NCBI GenBank assembly: GCA_904063045.1
Contig: CAJFCJ010000019.1
Span: 186,001-250,000, forward strand
Direction of reading: 5' to 3'
DNA from: Dimorphilus gyrociliatus
Taxonomy: Eukaryota; Animalia; Annelida
Length of the DNA stretch: 64,000 nucleotides
Positions within the stretch are counted from its first letter, which is position 1. Each line of letters begins with the position of its first letter. Of this stretch, positions 14,401-25,317 are shown in pieces. The notes under the pieces were generated by a model. The model saw only the letters and a list, made by a program, of their open reading frames with translations. It was not told the DNA's origin and did no database searches. Both the position numbers and the translations under genes were made by a program.

Positions 14401-16173
14401 TGGGAATCTTTCGAGGTGGCGCTAAGGCTATGGCAGAAGATCCAGGAGTAAATTTATTAAATTTCATTTGAATATCAGCATCTAAAGGATTAATAAGGCA
14501 TATTTAAATAAGGAATTGTTCATTAAGGACGAATACGCACCACCACTTCCATTGTTTCGTCCCTTATTCAGCTCTTGAATTAAAGTGTTCAATTTGTCAA
14601 TCTTTGAGGCTTCTTTTTCCGGCTTCCCTAATTTTTTTTTTACATTTTGTTTATTTGCTTTAACTAAATTAATGTTCTTCTGAAGATGGTTTTTTCCAGT
14701 TATCTTTTTTCCATCACCCTGCAATCGATCAGCAACGTATTGGTCAACTTGAGGTTTTATTTTGGCTATATTCTTATCAACAAGTTTTGAAACTTGATTT
14801 CTTTCTGATAAATCGCCAATAATTGGTTTTTGACGAATAAATAATGTTTCAAAATTATGCTCTATTCTATTACGTCTGTCAGATATATTCTTAAGTTTAT
14901 CTTTAATATCATCAAGTTTTTTACAAGGTTTATAAGAAGATACTTTTATATCCCCTTTCGATGGAATGTATTCACTCTGAACAAAGTAAGCATCTAATGG
15001 TGAAGTTTTCTTCAAAGTTACAGGATTTCTTTCTTGATGCTCATATGCAGTCTCTTTAATTGAATCATTCAAATTCTGAAGTTTATCAACAATACTAGAA
15101 GCTCTTGCAACGGTGCTTGACTTTTCTCTAGTTGGTTTCAAATCATGATACGTATCGTGTTTTTTGGCCAATTCTGCAATTTTAGAATTATTATTCTGAT
15201 TTGACGCTGCTTTTAACATTTCTATTTCATCCAATTTGATAGGTTTAGGAGCTCTAGTTCTAGGAGATGGGGTTGATAGTAAGGACTCTTTGCTAACTTG
15301 AGCTGATCGAGACATTTTCTTTGGTGTGCTTGGTGGTTCTTTTGTTGGACAGTAAACAATGCTTGTTGGCGCAGAGTTTTCTTTTGCTAAACGCTGAAAT
15401 TTCCTTTGAGACTTTATATGTTCAATTTGCAATTGTTCAACAAAATTGAGACGTTTTGATAACATTTCATCAAGTTGATTTTCCAAATGTTTTATCCTGT
15501 TGGTATTTTCTGGCGCATTTAAGCTTTGCAATTCATTTATTCGGGCTGTCATTTCCATCAACTTCACTTCAAGATTCCTCTGAGATTGTAAAATAGGTTC
15601 AGACGCGACAACAGTTGCACTAGCGGCAGCTGCTGCTGCTCTTGCCATTTCATTTATTAAATCAGTATCCTTTTTCTCTTGTTTTTCTTTAAAATTTTCA
15701 TCATAGCAACGATAAGTTGGGACTGATCGTTGATGCATCTTGGCCTCATGAGTTGTTACACAGCATCTGCAGATGTTAAAGCAAGTTTAACAAATTAGAA
15801 TTCACTAAAACCGTTAAACTTACCGTGATGCCAGTTCTTTGCGAACCTCGTTTGCTGATTTACCAAAAGTATTAATTTGAACATCTGAATTGTTGTGCTG
15901 ATCTACTGCAGCTTGCCCTATCAAAACATTTCGATTCAAACCATCATTAGTAGCTGTTTTGAAACCGTCACTGTCAATTGTGTCATCTGTTCCTGCTGTT
16001 AAAAGTATTCAAATATCTTAGTAAAAGAAAATGACAGTATTATGCTTCATCTTACTCATATCATCAGCTTCTACCGATATTATTTCAACATCTTGTGTCT
16101 TGTCCGAAACTGGAATAATGCTGCTAATCACAGGTGAATAAATTGCAGATGGTCTTACTGCCAGTTGCTCCAT
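11489..16173 (-). CDS. KIAA0586: TALPID3 / KIAA0586 centriolar ciliogenesis protein, multi-exon
   Basis: AAAAAASATVVASEPILQSQRNLEVKL resembles TALPID3 [45 protein letters not shown] resembles [20 protein letters not shown]. ORFs 14482-15738, 13144-13644, 12601-13095 and 11489-12148 are linked by short GT-AG introns. ATG at 16173. Confidence 0.8.
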
Positions 16174-17921
16174 CTTAAACTGCTTATGAATGTTCAAGTT
16201 TTTTAGATTAAAATTGATAGAAAAATATAGAGGAAGATTATGGATATAAAAGAAAGATATTCGTTGCTTATAATAAAAGACAATGAATTCTGTTGGATGA
16301 AATCATTATTTTAAAGTATTTATATTGTTTAACTCATGAAATAATATTCACATTCGGTTTATAGTGTACAATAAATTACTTTTAATTTTATCAATGCTAA
16401 TTTTTCGGATATTTCTATAAACGGAAATATTTGTGTTTTGTTGATCCACCGTTCTCACCTTTAATTAAACGATCACTTATCCAGGTAAATAAAATACTCT
16501 TATTTAACTGACACCATGATAATTTTCTTGATGTCTTTTAATAAATTAAAAGAGCCAAATAAATCTCTTCTAAAACAACCGAATACCTTCAAATTTGGCA
16601 CGCTGAGGCCTGTGTTTCGGTTATGACTAAACTCTGTGCATCAATTTCCCTAAACACACACATGAAAAAATTTTTATATCAAATTTTCGTCTTAAATTAT
16701 GATATAATTAAAAAAATGGTATTAATCTTATGTTAATGGACTGACAAACGAAATGCATGAAATCAAAATGACAAAAATAAGCGACCTTTAACTAATTTCG
16801 TGTAAGCTACATTCTGAAATAATTGACAGATTTATTTGTAAAAATAAATTTTTTCTAAAGTACACAATTGATATAAACCCTATAATTATCAAATTATATA
16901 TTAATATTTTGAGCAGATATTCTATATCCAGAAAACAGCTCGCGATTTAGACTGTCCTAACAAGATGGCGGTTCTGGCGGCAGACTAGAAAGTTGAATTG
17001 TTTAGTTTACTTTTCTTTTCTAAGTGTAACTATTTATCATGAATGGTGTATTGAAAAATATATTTATATGTCTTATTACATAAAATTCTATTCAGAATGT
17101 ATCTAACAATTGTTTATTGCTTGTTGAACATATGAAAAGCTACTATGTTTATAAAAAATTATTTTATTAATTACTGTAAAAATAGTTTTAATTCATAATA
17201 AAATAATTATATTACTTAATTAATTCTATCAAATAGTTTTTATTAATGAAGCTTTTCTGCAGTCTAGCTTGGATAGCTGTTGATATCAACGTACATAGAG
17301 TTCGCGTCATATTAATTATTATTGTTCGTCTTGGATAAAAGTCTTAATTACAAATATTATTAATGAGAATTTTTCATGATTGATATATATTAACAAGTTT
17401 GACATTTGATAAAAATAAGTTTGAGACTCTATAATTCAATACTAAAAATTAAAAAAATTGATTATTATTTTCAAATTTAATAATAAATATCCTATTTTTT
17501 ATTTCTGGAAAGCATCTCTGAAAGAGGTTCGTGATACAGATAATATTAAGATTTACCCTAAATGTAAAACATTTTCGAATTTTACAAATAGAGCTATTTG
17601 TAGATGTTTTAAATAATAAAATGGGAATAATAATTTTTGAATAAGATAACTTACTTTTTGAATATGTACGAAAAAAGTATAATTGCCTAATTGATGGGTT
17701 ACCTCGGCCATTTCTACATGAGGTCTCGTGTTGTCCGTATCAGGGAGAAGAAACATAGTATTTCATATAGCTATGGCAAATGAACAGAGCTGCCAAACTA
17801 AAACTGACGAGCAAAAGGGTAATTACAATAACATATATTCACTTTAACTCGTTTTAGCTAAAAGAAAAGTTTGCATTGCGTAATGACGTAAGCTAACCAT
17901 GCCGCATTGCATTATTACTAA

Positions 17922-19679
17922 ATGTCTTTTCTTTTAGATTTCGTCCTGAAAAACTCTGAACTGTTTGACGACGGTGCTCAAGAACCACCGGATTTAGTGG
18001 AACAAGAATGTGGTGGTCGCAGACTTGTTAAAAAATTAAAAGAAACGGTCACCGACAATGGGTATGAATTGGAATTTGAAGAGGCTGAAACTGCATCAAA
18101 CGATGACGAGTATAAATACTACACACAAGAAGACTATTTGAAAGGCACTATGAAAAGTGCTCCGGAATCATTTTTTGATGATATTCGCAAGACAATGTTT
18201 CCGATTGACCCACCTGGAGATCGTGAAATATGGAAAATAGTTGATAAAGAAGGCTATGGTCAACAAATGCCTAAGAAATGTAAGCTAGAATTTCATTGCA
18301 GTTTCTACGCCGAAGGGAGTGATGAACCGTTCGACTCGTCACAGATGCGAGGCGAGCCATGGAAAATCTCCATGCTTGATATTAATTTTGTAGGGCTTCA
18401 GTATGCTCTATTTTCAATGAAAATTGGCGAACAATCTCGGTTTTTGATATATCCGAAATATGCTTTTGGTAAACGTGGGGTTCCCCCAAGAATTCCCCCG
18501 AACTGTACTGTGCTTGCTGAAGTTGAACTGCTGAATTGGGTAGACATAACTGGTCGAAGTGACTTTTTTTCCTTAACTTATGAAGATCGACGAGACGCAA
18601 GTTTCGAGGTTCGCAAGAGTGCTGTTGACAATTTAAATGATGACGCAAAGATAAAATACAAACAAAATTACTTTATGGCCGCGTCGAAAATCTACCGTAG
18701 AGTTCAAAATATTCTCGAAGAAGCCAGACTCGCTAATGATGAAGAGGAGCGCGAACAAAGGCGATTATTGATAAAAGCATACGTTAATCGAGCTGTATGT
18801 AATATTCATTTGAAGAATCCGAAATATGTAATAACAGATACAAAGAACGCACTGTTATTAGATCCTAAATGTGGCAAAGCTCTATACCTTTTAGGGAAGG
18901 CTCATCGACTACTTGAAAATTTTGATAAGGCCAGCAAATGTCTACTACGTGCTCAAAAGTTGGTGTCAAGGCAAGAAGAAGTCTCGAAGGAACTAGAAGT
19001 TCTAGATAAACTGCAAAAGAAATGGCTAGAAAAAGAGAAAATATTATACCAGAACATGTTTAGCAACCATAAACGTATTACCATCAAAACAGAAAAAAAA
19101 AATACAGACAAGAATGATAGAAAAAACGAAAGACAAAAAGCACATGTAAACGAGAACTTAAACAGTGGACATGATAATAATAACTTAAAAACTCAATCTA
19201 AAAATAATAGCTTGAAAACTCAATCTGTCGAGTGTAGGTCGAAAAATGAATCTAAAGACAATAAATATTGCTCAAGTAAGGATCCTGAAAATAAAACATG
19301 TAAAAATCCAAAATGTCAAGAGTCAAATTCTAAATTTAAAGACTGTAATTCAAATAATCAGTATTGTGGGCCAGATAATGGAGATGAAAAAGATACTGAG
19401 AGTAAAAACGTTGAACCTTATAGGAACGTTCCTCTCAGTGAAATGGAATGGATAGAGGATTTCATTCAGGGCATAAATTCTCGAAAAGTTTTAGATATTG
19501 TTGGTTTTACAGCTTTTGAGGTAGAAAGTCTTATAACAGCAATTGAGAGGAAAGGTTTAAACGTAGAATGTAAGAATATGGCTCTAATTGTTTCCGTCAA
19601 AGAGGACCCTACTGAAATCATTGATAAGGAAACTAGTGAGGAAATTGAGGAGGACTTTAGCGTAAAGGAAGTTGAATAA
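17922..19679 (+). CDS. FKBP6: FKBP6 / shutdown-type immunophilin co-chaperone (FKBP domain + TPRs; piRNA pathway), intronless CDS
   Basis: Acidic N-terminus with GYELEFE, FKBP domain (EPFDSS..GLQYALFSMKIGEQSRFLIYPKYAFGKRGVPPRIPP), TPR motifs (YVNRAVCNIHL, KALYLLGKAH). The degenerate PPIase site is typical of FKBP6. Confidence 0.88.
   Translation: MSFLLDFVLKNSELFDDGAQEPPDLVEQECGGRRLVKKLKETVTDNGYELEFEEAETASNDDEYKYYTQEDYLKGTMKSAPESFFDDIRKTMFPIDPPGDREIWKIVDKEGYGQQMPKKCKLEFHCSFYAEGSDEPFDSSQMRGEPWKISMLDINFVGLQYALFSMKIGEQSRFLIYPKYAFGKRGVPPRIPPNCTVLAEVELLNWVDITGRSDFFSLTYEDRRDASFEVRKSAVDNLNDDAKIKYKQNYFMAASKIYRRVQNILEEARLANDEEEREQRRLLIKAYVNRAVCNIHLKNPKYVITDTKNALLLDPKCGKALYLLGKAHRLLENFDKASKCLLRAQKLVSRQEEVSKELEVLDKLQKKWLEKEKILYQNMFSNHKRITIKTEKKNTDKNDRKNERQKAHVNENLNSGHDNNNLKTQSKNNSLKTQSVECRSKNESKDNKYCSSKDPENKTCKNPKCQESNSKFKDCNSNNQYCGPDNGDEKDTESKNVEPYRNVPLSEMEWIEDFIQGINSRKVLDIVGFTAFEVESLITAIERKGLNVECKNMALIVSVKEDPTEIIDKETSEEIEEDFSVKEVE
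19176..19226 (+). repeat. 27-bp tandem duplication within FKBP6 (NNNLKTQSK NNSLKTQS)
   Basis: aataataacttaaaaactcaatct(aaa) followed by aataatagcttgaaaactcaatct. Confidence 0.75.
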
Positions 19680-19818
19680 GTTTCAAAATTTCATATTTCA
19701 ATCAATAAACTACACTTAAAACAATTACCTATGCCAATATGTAACAAATTGAAAGCACTTTTATGTGAGAGTTTCCAAACAACCAAACTTAGATGTCTTA
19801 TAAGTATGTAGTCTATTA

Positions 19819-20328
19819 TTAAGTATTCTCCTCATCGTCTGTTGAAGATTCCAAGCTATCCATATTGCTCGAACTATATTCACTGCTGAAACTTTTGTAA
19901 CGGGTTCGATTGTAGCATACAACTAAATAGAACGTGCTAGTAAATGCAAAAGCCGAAACAATTATTGCAAGAAAATAATATTCATGATAAACAACATTCT
20001 CTTTCTTTTCTTCCATTAATTTTCGATCAAAATCCCAATCATTGTCTAAATCATCATCTGGATCCGCTTGAAGTAGATCATCACCAACAATATACACGCC
20101 TCTCCTAGTAGACAATCGCGAATACAATTTGCGAACAGGTAATTCTTTAACTACGTCATCTACATCTCGTTTTCGTTTCTTACTTTTAGTCTCTTCATTC
20201 TCGTATTGTAGTTTATTCAGAGCCCTCCATCTTTTAAATTTAAATTTCTTTTCAACAATAAAATTTCCATGAGGAATGAAACAATGAAAAAAGAAACATA
20301 TTGAAAAAAAGTATAGTGTTTTAGCCAT
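19819..20328 (-). CDS. Orphan 169-aa predicted type-I membrane protein
   Basis: Single ORF with hydrophobic N-terminal signal (TLYFFSICFFFHCF), basic then acidic ectodomain, a transmembrane segment (YYFLAIIVSAFAFTSTFYLVVCY) followed by NRTR, and a Ser/acidic tail. Confidence 0.65.
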   Translation of the reverse strand: MAKTLYFFSICFFFHCFIPHGNFIVEKKFKFKRWRALNKLQYENEETKSKKRKRDVDDVVKELPVRKLYSRLSTRRGVYIVGDDLLQADPDDDLDNDWDFDRKLMEEKKENVVYHEYYFLAIIVSAFAFTSTFYLVVCYNRTRYKSFSSEYSSSNMDSLESSTDDEENT

Positions 20329-20967
20329 TCTAAAATAGTGTAACGATAATAAAGATTTTTAAACCAGTATTATTTAAATTAGATTATCGGATTAACTAAA
20401 AAAAATAATAAAATATCAATGAACTAATATAAAAAAAGCTTAATCCTTTTAAAACTCCTAGTACGATATTTTTAAAGATTATATAACGTATATGCCTATG
20501 AAAATAGGAAACATCATTTTTTTAAACAGAGAATGATAAAAGTATCATATTATTCATTGTTTTAATTAGTTTCCTGCGTTATAATTAAAGTATTTCTATA
20601 TATTTTACTTGTAATAAAGTAAAAAAAATTCCATTTAAAAGAGAATAAAAAACCTTTTCTTGTCTCTTATAAAAAATCATAAATATTATAGATTGATGAA
20701 GATATTTAATGTGTTTTTTTTTGAATATGGCAAATTAACATTTATAATTCATCTTAATTGTCATGAATAAAGTCAATATTCTTTCATTTTATCAGTATTA
20801 TAATTATCTTGAAAAATAAACGAACAATACGATACTAACATTACTTGGGTTTGGAGAATGTTAACATTTCTAATCTCATTTCTACTATACACGTTTATTA
20901 AAATTCTATTCTATGCTATGTAGATTTATAAATTGTAAATTCTAATTAATTTCAGTTTATACGCTAT

Positions 20968-22147
20968 CTAAAAGAATCTTATATGAGACAATGTTGGTCC
21001 GTATTCGTCATATTCTTCTTTACTCATACAAATTGCTTTAAATGTTGATAATGACGACAATAATGATCCTCCTACCCATGCTGAATATAAACCTTTTCCT
21101 GGTGTTCTTACTTCAATATCATACTCTCCTTTCGTTAATAATTGAAGTTCTTTTCGTAATCGATGTCCAAATCCCGGAAACAGCGTTGAACCACCGTTAA
21201 AAGATATATTTCTATAAAGTTCTTTTCTAATATCACGATCACATCTTGCGATAGAAAAGTTTATTAGTTCATGGACGCCCATACTTTCAACATGAAGTAT
21301 ACTAGGCTGAAAAACACCTTCGGCTGCTTTAAATCTTTCATCTCCAATAGTAATTTTTGAGCCATCTGGTAATTCGTAATCGATTTCAAACAAAGATTCA
21401 CATTTATTCAACTCCTCCTCCAGATTAATAGCAATATAGCAAAATTTCTCTTTCATTTTCTTAATAGTATGATAAATTGAACGGTTTTCATTAATATTAA
21501 TACCTTTCGGTGAAAGCATTAGGCCGAAGCAATAAGTAATATCATCACCGCCGAATAATAATTTCATTGTGCCATTGGGTAATGCATAGCCTTCGTAAAT
21601 CGGTATAGAATAAGTTGCCCATGCTCCCGAATCCAATACCAATCCAGTTGTTCTTCCAGATGAAAGGAGAGATAAAACAGCTTGTATTTTAAGGCATAAA
21701 GCAGGAACATCATATTTTTCGAACATCATCTAGAAATAGCGATTTTTTTTTGCTTTTATAAAACATCTGCTTGAACAGAAAAAGAAAGAAATAACAAACT
21801 TGGACTGCTCTTTCTCTTGTACAGCGTGGACAATTCGGCATTTCTGTCAATAACATGGGATAATCGGACGGATCTACTTGTAAGGACTTTTCAAATGTAT
21901 ATTCCCACAAACATTCTATATCATTCCATTCCGATCCGAAGCCATATTTTATTGGATATTTTAATGTAAGCATATCTCTTTTGGATTGAGCATCATCTCC
22001 TACAAAATATTCTTTTGCATCTTTTACATTTTTCGGTCTTCCAACGATTGATTGAAAAACGTCTCTAGGATTTTCTTCTCCAGAAAATCCGACTTTGCAC
22101 AAATCAGATCCAAAGTCACAAACAATAGATTGTTCGACTTCTACCAT
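20968..22147 (-). CDS. Divergent actin / actin-related protein (about 369 aa, 2 exons; intron 21730-21799)
   Basis: Co-linear with actin: VCDFGSDLCKVGF, VGDDAQSKR..LTLKYPI, IQAVLSL..SGRTTG, IPIYEGYALP, ELPDGSKITIGDERF, GGSTLFPG, AWVGGSLLSSLSTF, EYDEYGP. Confidence 0.9.
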
Positions 22148-23338
22148 CTTTTAACAATTTGGTAGCCTTGACGTATATAATATTATATATATTATATTCA
22201 ATGTTTTCTTTGTACTAAAAAGATATAAACGAATTTTTCTTTGGTAAGAATTTATCATATTAAATTATATTAGTCATCATTTTTTAAGTTATAAGTAAAA
22301 ATCATTTGACTCGTATGACCATATAAGTATAAATGTGACTAGAGATTAAGACTGGTCACAAATTACCTAATCATTACGTATACAACACATGTAAGACGAT
22401 TAATCATTCAAATCGCTAAGAAGCCATACTATAAAATATACAAATGAAAGAATTACCAGGTAAATGATTCATTGAAATTTCCAAAAACATCAAGAAATTG
22501 AATAGCATATTATTATTATTATTGTTATTTAGAAATATTAGATTTAGGCCAAGATGACTAAGTTCTTTTTCTCCGAATGTATTTTCGTTCTCTTTTCATC
22601 CTGGAAAATAATATGGACTTGTTTATATATTGTACAATTTATTGATGAACAATCATGTGACTTTTGCATAGAAATTTTCCGTTCTTATATTAGCTGGCCT
22701 ATTCTGCTAATTGGTCTATAATACTTTTTTTGTATGTTTTGTTCGCAATTAAGTAGTATTATCAATATTAATTTTCAAATATGTCTTGGCTAATTATCTA
22801 TTATTCCCTATCTAGTAATAAGGAATTGAATTTCAAAGTTAATTGATCCTATAGAAAGTAGGACATGGGGGTTACCTACTTGTTACACTCAATACTTTTC
22901 TCTTAACTGGTGACAACATGCTTACGAGTGTCTTTATTCTATGAATAATATGTTTTATATATTAGAGGAATAGCTCGTATTTTATAGTAGATAAATAACT
23001 GATCAATAAACTTTTTCTACTTTACGAATAACATTTACACTTCTCTACTAAAAATCTTTTATGCTAAGAGTATACTTCCTAAGACCTTATATGAAATTCT
23101 ATTAATTATAAACAACAATTTATTATAATAAAATGATATTAGGCAAAGATATGGATATAGATATCAAAGCCGTTTCAAAATAACAGAAATCTAAAATATT
23201 TGTATTTTCGTTCAGATTATTTTCATAAATTTCTTCGAATTAATAACAAATTAGTAATTTTATTTGAGGAAAATCTAAGCAGTTTACCTCTCACAAGGCG
23301 AAAAATAGTTAATGCGAAGATATTTTTTTTGAAATTCT

Positions 23339-23348
23339 AAAATGGCGG
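23339..23348 (+). promoter_or_regulatory. YY1-type motif AAAATGGCGG upstream of CCDC61
   Basis: Exact consensus match 210 nt upstream of the ATG. Confidence 0.5.
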
Positions 23349-23558
23349 ACAAGCGCTTTTGATTTGAAGAATAACTTTGAAAAATGTCCTATCATCAATT
23401 GCTATTTGACGAAGAGTTTTAATAAATTGAAATATGTGATTTGTGCATATAACTGATGAAAGCTTTCAAGTTACTATTTTAAAAAAAGACGTTATTAAGC
23501 AATATACTAACGACTTACAAGTTGAGACTCGTTACCCTGAGCAACTGTCTGAAAAAAA

Positions 23559-25065
23559 ATGCCTCCATCAACTGCCGAATGTTCGTTAGATATTCGGGGC
23601 ACGGAGTATTCGGTAGGAAGCTCGATTGATGATGACTGTTTACATCTCGTAGTTGAAGATGTGGTAACTAATGATGTTTGGAAAGCGTCTTTTAACACTA
23701 ATATAATCGAGGAAATAACTCGACGTACCGGCAATTTTAAGCAATTTTCAGTTTTTTGTAGTATGTTAACATCAGCTATTGAGGGTAGTAGCGATTCTGT
23801 TGATATAGATATAATGACGTATGAAGACCTAGAACATTTAAGAAAGCGTTCCAAAGGTAAAAATGGACCTGGACCAAAACAGTCTCAAAACAAGCGTTAC
23901 CTTATTTTAATATATACCGCAGAATTTGATAGAATTCACTATCCTCTGCAATTGCAGCACGAGGGAAAATCAGAAAATAAAAACGTACATAAAACAATAT
24001 CAAAATTGAGAGAAGATATCATAACTTTACAAAAGAGATGCAAAATTTTGCAAACTAGAAATTCTCAGCTGGAGGATGAAATTTCCCAACAAGTGGAATC
24101 AAATCCTAGTCAGCAGACTGCACTTATGAAAACAGCTTTAAGGAACCTGGAAGAACAAAGTTCGCAAGCCAAAGCAAAGTATCAGAGAGCTGCTCAACGT
24201 CGAAAGACGGAAATAGGTCGATTACGAACTGAAAACGAAGAGCTAAAAGCAAGCGAAAGAAATTTAAAAGCCAAAGTCAAAAGTTTAACAAATGAATTGG
24301 CCATTTATAAAAGAAGAATAGGAGGCCCTGGATCAGGACGATCATCTTACAGATCAAATAATCTATCTGGAACATCATCGCTATTATCGGACCATTCCAG
24401 AAATCGTAGTAGAAGTTTGTCAAATAGTAGGAATCATTCACTCACGTCGGATGCATCTAAGAATTCGCGTGTAAGAAATGTTAGAAGTAGGACACCATCA
24501 CCAGGTCTGCCAAAACCAAGATTTGACCCAACTGCTTACATTAAAGAAAAAGAAAGAAAAAAACGTGAATTGGACATTAGAAGAAAACGAAGAAATCATA
24601 TAAGTTCCAGATCACCATCAATATCACCTAGATCTGTTACTTCGAACGATTCGAGACATAGTTAGTTTTATAACAGTTTTCAACTTATTAACTTATTAAA
24701 CTTTTTTTGTTTTAGGCCGTTCACGATATGGTAATCTTTCTGATTCATCGAGAAATTCAAAATTATCTAGAACACGATACTCTTCTTTTGATTCACTTGA
24801 TAGTGACACAGATCTAGATAAAAGAAGGACAATTCGGAAAACTAGTTTGGATAGAAGGTCTAACTCTTCCAAAAATATCAAGGCAAAACCAAATTTAGAT
24901 AGTTCACAAGATTCTATTGATATCCCAAGATCGCGCTTTGATAGATTTCGCCAAAAAGGAGCTGCTGATAACTTTTTTGACGAACGATCAGCCGAAATTA
25001 GTGAAATAGATGCGCGTTTAAATCGCCTGCAGGAATTTATGAAGGATCATCTAGAGTTAACTTAA
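23559..25065 (+). CDS. CCDC61: Coiled-coil domain-containing protein 61 (SAS-6 paralogue, VFL3); exons 23559-24660 and 24716-25065
   Basis: Head domain IEEITRRTGNFKQFSVFCSML and KRYLILIYTAEFDRIHYPL, coiled coil ending SLTNELAIYKR, RFDPTAYIKEK motif, C-terminal EIDARLNRLQEFMK. The 55-nt intron joins the frames. Confidence 0.92.
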
Positions 25066-25209
25066 ATTGTGTAACAAATGTTTTTAACTATTTTTTTTAC
25101 AAGTATCATGTGAAATTGAATAAAATAACGTTTATTATTCATGTTATTGTGATCTCAAAAAGGTATGCTAACTTTAGTGGTGGAATTACCAAATGACTCA
25201 CTTCATCTG

Positions 25210-25235
25210 TGACGTCATCGGTAAGGCGCATGCGC
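25210..25235 (+). promoter_or_regulatory. Dynamin promoter: palindromic CRE TGACGTCA (25210-25217) and NRF1 site GCGCATGCGC (25226-25235)
   Basis: Two perfect consensus palindromes about 90-110 nt upstream of the dynamin ATG. Confidence 0.6.
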
Positions 25236-25317
25236 ACATGTCATATTATCACCATTTTTGCTTATGGCGAACAATCAACGGTATTAGGTGTTTCAGAAAC
25301 CAGGAAACGTTATAATC

